IMG/VR virus record: IMGVR_UViG_3300020045_021065
Location: 1 to 36,782 of that record
Origin: a virus
Lineage: Duplodnaviria; Caudoviricetes
Length of the DNA: 36,782 bases
Direction: 5' to 3' (one strand)
Shown here: piece after piece, positions 19,657-27,848 of the stretch
Layout of the letters: every line of letters starts with the position of its first letter
Position numbering within the stretch: the stretch's first letter is position 1
Notes under the pieces: model-generated
The model's input: only the letters and a program-made list of their open reading frames with translations
Database searches by the model: none
What the model was told of the DNA's origin: nothing
Position numbers and translations under genes: made by a program

Positions 19657-20254
19657 GACCATTACTCAGAGAGCAATTAATTCTGCAATCGAACATTCCT
19701 TTTTTGACAAAATTATTTTATCAACAGATATCCAGTCCCTAGTGGATGACAATAAAGATAAAAAGCGTCTGCTTATCAGGGAGAGGCCCAAGGATTTATG
19801 CCAAGACGAATCCTTGATGATCAACGTGGTGGCAGACGTTCTCATCCATTACGATATTCCTCAGAATTCTTACGTCTGGTTGCTGCAACCGACATCTCCT
19901 TTTAGGAACTATGTAGATTTTATCGAAGTCTTTCGCATTATAACTTCAGGCAAATTCAAGTCCTGCATTTCTGTTAGTGATGTTAATTCTAACCATCCTA
20001 ACCGCATGGGAACCATTAAAAATAGTGAACTCTACCCGCTGAGACATTACAATTTTTTAAACAAGCAAGACCTCTTGCGAGTTTACATCCGCAATGGCGG
20101 CTTTTATGTAGCGAAGGCCAGGGCCGTTTTGCAGAAAAATTCATTCTACATAAAAAAATGTGGGGCCTATGTCATGCCCTTCGAACGTTCAGTCAATATC
20201 GACAACCAGTATGACTTATTTTTAGCAAAGGCCATCAATGAGTTATCGCCATAA
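19574..20254 (+). CDS. neuA: Acylneuraminate (CMP-nonulosonic acid) cytidylyltransferase
   Basis: IIPAR.NSK.IKNKN, ILSTD, RP..L.QD, LLQPTSPFR, RNGGFY, SVNID; start moved to ATG 19574 with GGGGAGA RBS. Confidence 0.93.
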   Translation: MKHYAIIPARENSKSIKNKNLILLKKNETITQRAINSAIEHSFFDKIILSTDIQSLVDDNKDKKRLLIRERPKDLCQDESLMINVVADVLIHYDIPQNSYVWLLQPTSPFRNYVDFIEVFRIITSGKFKSCISVSDVNSNHPNRMGTIKNSELYPLRHYNFLNKQDLLRVYIRNGGFYVAKARAVLQKNSFYIKKCGAYVMPFERSVNIDNQYDLFLAKAINELSP

Positions 20255-21527
20255 AAGAATTTGTATTTTCATTTTTAACCGTGCGACCTATGCCAGAATT
20301 AAATCTGTCATTTGGGCATTAGAGAATGACGATGAAACAGTCCTGAACGTTTGCTTAGCTGGTTCAATTTTAGATGGCAAGTATGGGGACATCCTCGACC
20401 ATATAAAACTAGAACACCCTAAGACTAATATCGATTGCGTGGCGACATCCCCTCTAGAAAAAGGGCTTTTAGGCATGACAAAGCACTCTGCTCTGATCAT
20501 GCACCTTCTTGGTGAATACATTGCTGAACACGATTTTGACGCTGCCTTTGTAGTGGGAGATAGATTTGAAACTCTCCCTTGTGCTATGGCACTCGCTTAC
20601 CAGAACGTCCCCTTGATTCACTTCCAAGGTGGAGAGATCACTGGCAACATCGACGAAAGAGTGAGGCATGCTATCACTAAACTCAGTGACTACCACTATG
20701 TGGCCACTCATCTAGCAAAACAGTACGTAATTAAAATGGGTGAAGAACACCGAAGAGTCCGCTATGTAGGATGCCCCAGTCTAGATCTAATTGTTCGCTA
20801 CAAGATCTCTCGATTTAAAGGCCTTGAAAAACAAGTGCTCTGTTTTTTTCACAGTCAGACCGATAATAATGATCAATTTGAAGAGACTAAGATCGTCTTA
20901 GAGACAGCGGTCGCATTCTGTAATAAACACTCTGCATGGCTTAAATGGTATTGGCCTAACCCTGACCCAGGAAGAGAAAAAATAATTGATTATCTCGATG
21001 AGGCCAGAAAAAAATATCCTTGCCTTGTAAAGGCCGTAAACCAGGAACCCTTCGTTTTTCTGAAAGAACTGGCCGGTTGCTACGTGCTCATCGGTAACTC
21101 CTCGGTGGGAATTAGAGAGGCAAGCTTTATAGGCGTTCCCGCTGTCAATATTGGAGGGAGGCAGGCCATCAGAGAGAGAAGTTGGAATGTCATCGATTGT
21201 AAACCAGACCCAGTGGCACTTGAAAGGGCCATGGGGATTTGCGCTTTGGCAAGAAAGTATAAGCGCAGTTTCCTCTATGGACGAGGCGATTCGGCAAAGA
21301 GAGTTTTGACCATTTTTAGAAACATGGGCAAGTTCGAAAGAAAAACATTTATAACTTATCCAGGGGAGTTAGAATTTTATGACAAACATTTCAGTGAAAA
21401 AAGATATTCCCAGCACAGCCTCAAACCAAACCTCATCAAGGCCAGCAGATCCTCTACTGGGAGTTTACAGAGCGAACCTGGAAGCACTGAGCGAGGAGTT
21501 AGTTTCACTCCTCAACTCGCATCCTGA
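20238..21527 (+). CDS. neuC: Hydrolysing UDP-N-acetylglucosamine 2-epimerase (NeuC/LegG family)
   Basis: NRATY, VGDRFE, HFQGGEITGNIDERVRHAITKLSDYH, GNSSVGIREA, VNIGGRQ, YGRGDSA. Confidence 0.93.
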   Translation: MSYRHKRICIFIFNRATYARIKSVIWALENDDETVLNVCLAGSILDGKYGDILDHIKLEHPKTNIDCVATSPLEKGLLGMTKHSALIMHLLGEYIAEHDFDAAFVVGDRFETLPCAMALAYQNVPLIHFQGGEITGNIDERVRHAITKLSDYHYVATHLAKQYVIKMGEEHRRVRYVGCPSLDLIVRYKISRFKGLEKQVLCFFHSQTDNNDQFEETKIVLETAVAFCNKHSAWLKWYWPNPDPGREKIIDYLDEARKKYPCLVKAVNQEPFVFLKELAGCYVLIGNSSVGIREASFIGVPAVNIGGRQAIRERSWNVIDCKPDPVALERAMGICALARKYKRSFLYGRGDSAKRVLTIFRNMGKFERKTFITYPGELEFYDKHFSEKRYSQHSLKPNLIKASRSSTGSLQSEPGSTERGVSFTPQLAS

Positions 21528-23334
21528 AATCCCTACGCCCATCGATCAAGATGTAAGAGTCACCAATCTGCTTAACCCAGTCTGTACAGTTATTGTGGGA
21601 TTTGCCTCGGACGCAATCATTCGCTTTATTTTAAAAACTGAAAAACTAGTTAAGCATGTAATCGTCATTGAACCAGAGCTTGGAGTTTTCCACGCAACCA
21701 TTCGCAGACACTATGTAGCTGACCTTTTGAAAGATAAGCGATTTGATTTTTTAATCGGAGTACCCTTTGCAGAGCTTGCTCCCACTCTTTTTAAAATCTT
21801 TGGCGACTTTAATAATTCACTTGGGTCAAGGCCTTCCACCTGCCAGGCCCCTGAAATCATCGCCGACCCATTCCTCTACGGCCCTGGTAAACGCAGAAGT
21901 AGTGAAGAGCTAAGTCAATACACCTACATAATCACTGATACCGTAAAACAACTGTTCACTTCTATGGGATGTGCAGCGGATAGCTACGCCAGAGTCTTAC
22001 AAACGCTCAGGAACGAAAAGAACTTAATTGAGTCTTACAAAATTAACGGCCTCTACAACAAGTTTCCCAAGGTTCCGGCAATCATCGTAGGTGCAGGCCC
22101 ATCGCTAGAAGAGTTTTTAGTTTACGCCAAGGAAAATGAACTCGATAAGAAAAGTCTGATCATCGCTTGTGATGCAGCTTTGCGAAGGCTTTCCCAAGAG
22201 GGCATTAGACCACACATAGTAGTTAGGTGTGAGCGCAAGTATACCCAGATATTCGATGGTGTTGATAAAGAGATGACCAAAGATGTCTTCTATGCTGCCT
22301 ACCCTTGGACACCACCAGAGTTTTTCGAATTGTTTGATGAAAAATTTATGCTCTTTAGGAATAACGGCATTTGCAAATGGACTGCACTTGAACATGCCGA
22401 AGTTAACGGAGGGGTCTCTGCTTGTAATGCTGCTCTTGAGCTAGCGTTCAATTTAGGATGTGAAAATATTTTTCTCACCGGAATTGATCTATGTTTCGTC
22501 GGAGAAAAAAGTCATGCTAGCGGGACAGTTCTAGAATTTGATTTAAAGAAATCAAAACCCAAGTGGTCAAAAGTCAAAACAAATAGCGGCGATGAGGCCA
22601 CAACTATTCCCATTTGGCATAGATGTCTTTGCGAGTATGTTCAGGCCTTGGTCAAATACCAAGGGAAAAGAGCTGGAACTTTGGTTTTCAACACTTCTAA
22701 AAATGGTGCAGAAATTTTCGGTGCAGAATATAAACCATGGAATGATCTAACTAAATACTTTAAGCGTGAATATTCTTTGACCAAATTAATTAAAGACTAC
22801 GCTAAAGAGGTAGGTCATGCGGAGAAATTGGCCTTTGAAAAATCTAAGGCAAGGCATATTGAATACCTCAAAGATTTCCTCAAAGAGACCCAGAGGCTTT
22901 TTCTCTTCTTAGACGATGCTCTAACCACGGCCATTAGGGAAGAACACAAGATCATCTCTCAGCTTAAGTGCCATGTGGAACCTGCTGGATTTTGGAAGAA
23001 CGTGGACACCCTCTCTAGTTCGATGGGAGAAATTTACAGGGCCTCGTGTGATCAGATCGATCAGTATAAGACTAGATTCTACCCCGACATCACCTTCTCA
23101 AACCTGCTTTTAGATCTCTGTCAGCTCGATTTATTCACTACTGAGAATAAGGCCAACACCATTCAGAACACCATGAAGCTAGGCCATGAGCGCATGAAAT
23201 ATTACATTGCAATCCACAAAAATCTTTTCAAGATATTTGAATACTATGCCCGAGAAATCTTGGACAATCTCCAGAACGGTGTAGTAGTCGCTCCACTGGA
23301 TAACGTACCGATGCAGGCCATGGGGGTTGAATGA
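21379..23334 (+). CDS. Maf (motility-associated factor)/DUF115-type nonulosonic acid protein glycosyltransferase
   Basis: IVIEP N-domain, AIIVGAGPSL, IIACDAAL...GIRPHIVV, GGVSA..A.ELA..LGC.NIFLTGIDL, SHA, VFNTS; helical C-terminal domain; ~650 aa like Maf proteins. Confidence 0.85.
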   Translation: MTNISVKKDIPSTASNQTSSRPADPLLGVYRANLEALSEELVSLLNSHPEIPTPIDQDVRVTNLLNPVCTVIVGFASDAIIRFILKTEKLVKHVIVIEPELGVFHATIRRHYVADLLKDKRFDFLIGVPFAELAPTLFKIFGDFNNSLGSRPSTCQAPEIIADPFLYGPGKRRSSEELSQYTYIITDTVKQLFTSMGCAADSYARVLQTLRNEKNLIESYKINGLYNKFPKVPAIIVGAGPSLEEFLVYAKENELDKKSLIIACDAALRRLSQEGIRPHIVVRCERKYTQIFDGVDKEMTKDVFYAAYPWTPPEFFELFDEKFMLFRNNGICKWTALEHAEVNGGVSACNAALELAFNLGCENIFLTGIDLCFVGEKSHASGTVLEFDLKKSKPKWSKVKTNSGDEATTIPIWHRCLCEYVQALVKYQGKRAGTLVFNTSKNGAEIFGAEYKPWNDLTKYFKREYSLTKLIKDYAKEVGHAEKLAFEKSKARHIEYLKDFLKETQRLFLFLDDALTTAIREEHKIISQLKCHVEPAGFWKNVDTLSSSMGEIYRASCDQIDQYKTRFYPDITFSNLLLDLCQLDLFTTENKANTIQNTMKLGHERMKYYIAIHKNLFKIFEYYAREILDNLQNGVVVAPLDNVPMQAMGVE

Positions 23335-24164
23335 TCATAGCTGAATTTTGTCAAAACCATTTAGGACAGAAGACTCTTTTAAAAGAGATGATTGTCAAAG
23401 CGGCCTATGCGGGAGCGCACGCCTGCAAGATCCAATCGTTTTTTGCCGATGATCTTACTCCTGAATTTGATAAAGATTACTCTCGGATAAAACAATGCGA
23501 ACTCGATTGGCCTACTCATGCTTGGTTTGTAAAAGAGGTCACCTCTAAAAACATGACTCCGATGACCACGGTGTATTCCACTAAATACTTGCGTGAACTT
23601 CACGAGAGTGGATTTACGTGGTTAAAGATTGGCAGTCCTAACTATTCACCTATTTTTCTGCAAACACTAAAGGCCCTTGGATTCAAAGTTATTGCCTCTA
23701 CAGGAGGGAAAACCCTGAATGAGCTTTGGCCTATCTACCCCATGGAAGGCCTTCTCCATTGCGTATCCGTTTACCCGCATACACCTGAAGACTCTTGTTT
23801 AATGCGAATGGTTCGGATGATGGACAAGTTCAAATGTCCGGTGGGATTTTCTGACCACACTGATCCACTTAATGCTGACTGGGACGTGCCGGTGAAACTC
23901 GCTTTGCTTTTAGGTGCTACGGTGATCGAAAAACATTTTACACTACTACCTCGAAACGAAACAAAGGATGGGCCTGTCAGCATAGACGCTGATCAACTTA
24001 GGCATATAAGGGAGTTTTTCGATTCTTCACAGGAGAGGCGGCTTCATACTTTTTATGAACTAAACAAAACCATTTCTCCTCGCTATTTTATTGAGGATGA
24101 TACCGTGCAGGATAGCGCAAAAAAGTTGATTGATCGATACTCTAAAAGATGGATTTCAACTTGA
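23331..24164 (+). CDS. neuB: N-acetylneuraminate/nonulosonic acid synthase (TIM barrel only, no SAF domain)
   Basis: IIAEFCQNHLG, KIQ, KIGS, STG, LHCVSVYP, GFSDHT, IEKHFTL. Confidence 0.92.
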   Translation: MIIAEFCQNHLGQKTLLKEMIVKAAYAGAHACKIQSFFADDLTPEFDKDYSRIKQCELDWPTHAWFVKEVTSKNMTPMTTVYSTKYLRELHESGFTWLKIGSPNYSPIFLQTLKALGFKVIASTGGKTLNELWPIYPMEGLLHCVSVYPHTPEDSCLMRMVRMMDKFKCPVGFSDHTDPLNADWDVPVKLALLLGATVIEKHFTLLPRNETKDGPVSIDADQLRHIREFFDSSQERRLHTFYELNKTISPRYFIEDDTVQDSAKKLIDRYSKRWIST

Positions 24165-24180
24165 AAAAACGGGAGATGAT

Positions 24181-24537
24181 ATGGGCGGATTATATGGGGT
24201 TGAGGATGTAAAAATATTGCTCAGAATGCTGGCAGAGGGAGGCCGTATTTTAGAGATCCTGCTGTTTAAGCGTGGCCTATTTGGTTATCTAAAGCTTGCC
24301 TTCCAGCTCGAACCTCTTGTCAGTTTACTCATTAAGCTTCGTTCAAAGGCCTTAGTACAACAATTGAAGGAACTCGATAAGCACGACCGGGATGAATTAG
24401 TCGTTTTTGCCAGAAAAGAGTTCGATCTTAAGAATGACAACCTCGAAGCGACCATCGAACGAAGTGTTGCCATCCTTGCCCAGTTTGCCGATATCGTCGA
24501 TGACGTGATTGAAATTGCAAAATATCTTAAGAAATGA
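24181..24537 (+). CDS. Lysis-region helical protein of unknown function
   Basis: ATG 24181 with GGGAGA RBS; amphipathic N-half, ELD...R.EL...EFDL.ND..E..IE C-half. Confidence 0.6.
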   Translation: MGGLYGVEDVKILLRMLAEGGRILEILLFKRGLFGYLKLAFQLEPLVSLLIKLRSKALVQQLKELDKHDRDELVVFARKEFDLKNDNLEATIERSVAILAQFADIVDDVIEIAKYLKK

Positions 24538-24773
24538 CCGAAAACACAGAAAAACTTCTAAAATTCTGGGCATCTACCACATTTATTGCGGTGCTCGTCG
24601 GTTGTATCAGCATTTTTAGCTACGTTCATAACTTCGTCTTCACCCGGGTGGAGGGAACCAACGTTGAAAAGAGACTCGATTACATTGAAACTAGGCTTGA
24701 CTCAAAGCTAGATGAGCTAAGCGTCCTTTCAGGGAAGCTAGACGCAGTCATTCTCTTGCAGAAAAAAGATTGA
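24534..24773 (+). CDS. Putative holin-like single-TM protein
   Basis: One TM helix plus coiled coil, directly upstream of endolysin. Confidence 0.5.
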   Translation: MTENTEKLLKFWASTTFIAVLVGCISIFSYVHNFVFTRVEGTNVEKRLDYIETRLDSKLDELSVLSGKLDAVILLQKKD

Positions 24774-24827
24774 CCTCTCTAGGCGCGCAGAAAGTGCCCT
24801 AGAATCGATTCGCAAGGAAGGGGTTTA

Positions 24828-25232
24828 TTGAGAGACATAAGTTCGATTGTAATTCATTGCACGGCCATAGATAATCCAAAACAAACCATTAGTGCAATTA
24901 AGGCCTATCACCTAGGCAAAGGTTGGAAGGATATTGGGTATCACTACCTCATCGATTTTAGCGGTGAAATCTGGAAAGGGAGAGGCGAGACGGACGTTGG
25001 TGCCCACTGCTTAGGTCAAAACCAAAACTCTATTGGCATCTGCCTCTTTGGTAACACTGATTTTAAAGCTGAACAATTCGATAGCCTAGCTGATCTTGTG
25101 CGAAACATTAAACGCAGGTATCCAAAGATTTATCACGGTTCGATTAACGGCCATAACGCCTTTACTAAACTGAAGACCTGTCCCAACTTTGACGTGAGGG
25201 ACTTCCTTTTTCGCTACGGGTTAATTGGATAG
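24828..25232 (+). CDS. Endolysin, N-acetylmuramoyl-L-alanine amidase (T7 lysozyme-like)
   Basis: IVIHCT, GWKDIGYH, GAHC.GQN.NSIGICL, GHN, KTCPNF; TTG start. Confidence 0.93.
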   Translation: MRDISSIVIHCTAIDNPKQTISAIKAYHLGKGWKDIGYHYLIDFSGEIWKGRGETDVGAHCLGQNQNSIGICLFGNTDFKAEQFDSLADLVRNIKRRYPKIYHGSINGHNAFTKLKTCPNFDVRDFLFRYGLIG

Positions 25233-25407
25233 GCTGCATATCGTCGAGAATTCCTTTGATGCGCATCTGAACAAAGGTGGGTTTCTTAGTATTTGCTGCT
25301 TTCCATTTTCTATTCTTCTTCTCTCGATCCCTATCGGCCAAGACCTTTTCTAGTGCCAACCGCAATTCTCTGAAGACTCGCTCGTTCTTACTCACGGGTA
25401 TCCTCAT
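25165..25407 (-). CDS. Small basic hypothetical protein
   Basis: ORF; may start at GTG 25395; 3' end overlaps the amidase gene. Confidence 0.45.
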   Translation of the reverse strand: MRIPVSKNERVFRELRLALEKVLADRDREKKNRKWKAANTKKPTFVQMRIKGILDDMQPIQLTRSEKGSPSRQSWDRSSV

Positions 25408-25567
25408 CGTAGTCCATCGCTATTTTCCAGAAATAGGCCTCAAGTAACAACCTTTTGTCCTCTGGCCTGGCCGCTGCCCAGTTTTCCCTCTCTTTAAACA
25501 TGATCGCCTTCTCTTCTCTTCTTCTCTCTACGTCTTCCAATAATTCGATCAAAGATTCAAAATCCAT
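25388..25567 (-). CDS. Small acidic hypothetical protein (59 aa, not in ORF track)
   Basis: MDFESLIELLEDVERREEKAIMFKERENWAAARPEDKRLLLEAYFWKIAMDYDEDTRE; helical, protein-like composition. Confidence 0.55.
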   Translation of the reverse strand: MDFESLIELLEDVERRREEKAIMFKERENWAAARPEDKRLLLEAYFWKIAMDYDEDTRE

Positions 25568-25737
25568 TCTTTGTATCTACTCTCAAAACCTGGGAATGTA
25601 GCGGAATGTCTTAACGTGCTGCGCTGTCGTATGCGCTTTGAACAGATCGGAAGCTTTGGGAACCGGACAAACCTCTACTCTACTTGGTGTGTAATTTACG
25701 CCAAGCAGGGTGGAAGGTATGCGCCCCGAACGAGTCG

Positions 25738-26019
25738 TTACTCCGTCCCGGCCCAACCCTCTGATCTTTTGCTTACGTCAACAACTTTCGGCAAAAAACC
25801 CCGGGTCACGGATGACCCTATGTACTTTGGCCTATGTATGCCCTTCAAGGCCTCTGGAAGGCGTTCCGCATGGCTCTTAATCAAACGATACCATGGGGTG
25901 CTTATAAGTAAAATCTTCCTAACTTTACAGTTTTGGACACCCTTGTCCCACGGGCCGTGGTCCTTTTTAACGGTCCTTCCAGTACAGCAATTTTTGTAAT
26001 TTTTATCTTGTTTCAACAT
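25738..26019 (-). CDS. Possible hypothetical protein
   Basis: GAGGG RBS before ATG but atypical composition; may be noncoding. Confidence 0.3.
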   Translation of the reverse strand: MLKQDKNYKNCCTGRTVKKDHGPWDKGVQNCKVRKILLISTPWYRLIKSHAERLPEALKGIHRPKYIGSSVTRGFLPKVVDVSKRSEGWAGTE

Positions 26020-26082
26020 TTCCCTCTGAGACTATTTGACTTTTTTCTGTTTGGGAAGTTATAAATTTATTCTTGGACACCC

Positions 26083-26150
26083 TAGGGGAGATTTTTACAA
26101 CGGTTCTGCTAGAATGGCTTAAAACCGCTAAAGATCTCCCCTATTTTTTT
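26083..26150 (+). terminator. Long hairpin followed by T7 tract (intrinsic terminator or sRNA 3' end)
   Basis: TAGGGGAGATTTTT...AAAGATCTCCCCTA stem with inner CGGTT/AACCG, then TTTTTTT; converges on the ssb stop. Confidence 0.7.
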
Positions 26151-26154
26151 CTAG

Positions 26155-26529
26155 TTAGAACGGTAATTCGTCTGCAACGAATTGTTCGGTTTTTAATTCT
26201 TTAGTCCTTGCCTCTTGTCCACCCACAACTAATATGGCCCTTATCGACGCAGAGCTTACATATTTATCTTGTCCGGTTGAAACTTTTTTATAATTAAGTT
26301 CGCCTTTCACGTAAACCTGCATCCCTTTTTTCCAGTCTTTAACTATGTCGCATGTTTTGCCAAAAACAAAGACAGCGTGCCAGACAGGAGTTTCAGTCCC
26401 GTCCTTTTCTTTTTTGTTAGTGCAAATAGACAATAAAATCCAATCATTACCCCTTCCGTTTTCAGACTTTTTAAAAACGGGGTCTTGACCTAATCTCCCT
26501 ATTAAATTAACTTCGTTCATCTTGGCCAC
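26155..26529 (-). CDS. ssb: Single-stranded DNA-binding protein
   Basis: MNEVNLIGRLGQDP, WH.V.VFGK, KG.QVYV.G.L, acidic DELPF tail. Confidence 0.95.
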   Translation of the reverse strand: MAKMNEVNLIGRLGQDPVFKKSENGRGNDWILLSICTNKKEKDGTETPVWHAVFVFGKTCDIVKDWKKGMQVYVKGELNYKKVSTGQDKYVSSASIRAILVVGGQEARTKELKTEQFVADELPF

Positions 26530-27321
26530 CTAAAAATTAAAAACTGTTTTTAAAATGTTTTTTAGCTCCAAATAATCTACCGAAACAAAGCGAGAGTATA
26601 TAAGATTTTCTCGATCTAGACCAAATTTATAAACGACATCGGTTAACGCATATCCTCGATGTTTTGCAATGCGAAGGCAGTTGGCAGTCATTCGAGTATC
26701 GACTATCCATCGCTGAAGGATGTAAGCAAACTCCGAAAGATTTGCAATTGATCTCCCTCCTCTGATGTCCTCGATCTCAATTAGTTTTTTCTGATTGGTT
26801 TTTATTTGTGATCCGGTATGTGCTACCACTATTCCCGCAATGCCCGTTTTTTGAAAATAGTTTTTCAGGTCTCTGACAAAACGTTCTTGGTCATTAAAAT
26901 TTGTTCCGCTGTAGTGTCTGGAAGTCGTGATGTTGTCGTAGATCAAAACATTGATATCGGGATGGGTCTTGAGTGTGGCCATGAGATCTCCCGGTTCTTG
27001 TCCCACTAAAAGATGGTCAAAATTTTTCCCCATCTTGGGAGTCTTAAAAAATTGTTGTTCAAAATCGGCCTTTGTCTCTTCAGATAACCAGACTAGAACT
27101 TTCATTTTGATATTGTTATTCATGATGTCATGTAACAAAGATCTAACTAGTGTCGTTTTGCCTGTATGGGTAGGCCCTAAAACCAAGTGGAGTTTTCCAG
27201 GCCTGAGACCGTTATGCACTTGTAGAAAAGGTAGATTGCTTTGAATGTAAACTCGCCTTAAATCCTTCTCGTATTCTTCTGCAATCTTTTCATCGTGGGT
27301 CACCTTGAGATTCATCGCCAT
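26530..27321 (-). CDS. SF4/DnaB-like helicase ATPase domain protein
   Basis: GLRPG.L.LVLGPTHTGKT, WLSEE, LIYDNIT, VVAHT, DIRGG.SI, IAKHR. Confidence 0.75.
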   Translation of the reverse strand: MAMNLKVTHDEKIAEEYEKDLRRVYIQSNLPFLQVHNGLRPGKLHLVLGPTHTGKTTLVRSLLHDIMNNNIKMKVLVWLSEETKADFEQQFFKTPKMGKNFDHLLVGQEPGDLMATLKTHPDINVLIYDNITTSRHYSGTNFNDQERFVRDLKNYFQKTGIAGIVVAHTGSQIKTNQKKLIEIEDIRGGRSIANLSEFAYILQRWIVDTRMTANCLRIAKHRGYALTDVVYKFGLDRENLIYSRFVSVDYLELKNILKTVFNF

Positions 27322-27640
27322 CCACTTTTAAAAAGTCCATTAACTTCTCTACAGCTTGGCCTTTTTTCTTGTGAATGGAATACGCATGATAGTATTTTTC
27401 GAAATTGCTAAAGGCAAAAAGTGTTGATGGCGTAAAATACGCTAGTGCCGGTTTGCCATTTGAAAAAGATGAATTTTCCCAGTCTTCATATTTAAACTTC
27501 AAAACTTCTTTTATCTCTTGCGCAGTATATTCCTTAAGCACTTTATTAATTAACTTTTTGGTGTGAATGTTCTGAGTGGAAAATCTGGCCTTAGCAATCA
27601 CATTAAGAAAAATGATGATCGAGTCAATTTCTCCGGCCAT
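27290..27640 (-). CDS. Replication initiator-associated conserved phage C-terminal domain protein (Phg_2220_C-like)
   Basis: II.FLN...RF...TKKLI...L.EY...E...V..FK...W...YF.PSTLF...FEKY; AAGGAG RBS; upstream of helicase. Confidence 0.75.
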   Translation of the reverse strand: MAGEIDSIIIFLNVIAKARFSTQNIHTKKLINKVLKEYTAQEIKEVLKFKYEDWENSSFSNGKPALAYFTPSTLFAFSNFEKYYHAYSIHKKKGQAVEKLMDFLKVDGDESQGDPR

Positions 27641-27650
27641 AAAAAACTCC

Positions 27651-27679
27651 TTGATAAGTGTTTTATCGAAATGTATACT
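27651..27679 (+). promoter_or_regulatory. Sigma70 promoter (rightward) with overlapping inverted repeat
   Basis: TTGATA-17 nt-TATACT; GATAA...TTATC dyad over the -35/spacer. Confidence 0.7.
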
Positions 27680-27848
27680 TGGATTACTCCTTGCTCTGCG
27701 TAAACCTTAGTCACGTTTACGCATGGTACTCCTTGAGTTTGGGGCCAAGGCAGGTGTGGTGCCCTGACCCTCTTTCACCTCTTCAATTTTATCTTTTCAA
27801 TCAAACAAAAACCTCGCTACGATTACATTCCAACTATGAGGGTGCCAC

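Noticed and set aside
17840-24164. neu cluster as flanking host chromosome
   Set aside because: Phage genes lie on both sides with overlapping or tight junctions and no obvious composition shift; still worth a read-coverage check
485-24473. Many antisense or nested ORFs in the track (e.g. 3854-4180, 12724-13134, 13266-13682, 18434-18841, 10052-10321)
   Set aside because: Overlap well-supported genes and lack recognisable motifs
25571-25999. 142 aa + strand ORF
   Set aside because: TTG start without RBS, non-protein-like composition, opposite to local gene direction
9261-26532. TAG reassignment suggested by two in-frame TAG-start junctions (9263/9264 and 26530/26529)
   Set aside because: TerL, portal, amidase and recombinase end at TAG at natural lengths and long genes are intact in code 11
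27646-27735. Regularly spaced ACTCCTTG as a mini-CRISPR
   Set aside because: Repeats are only 8-9 nt and better explained as SD/anti-SD motifs
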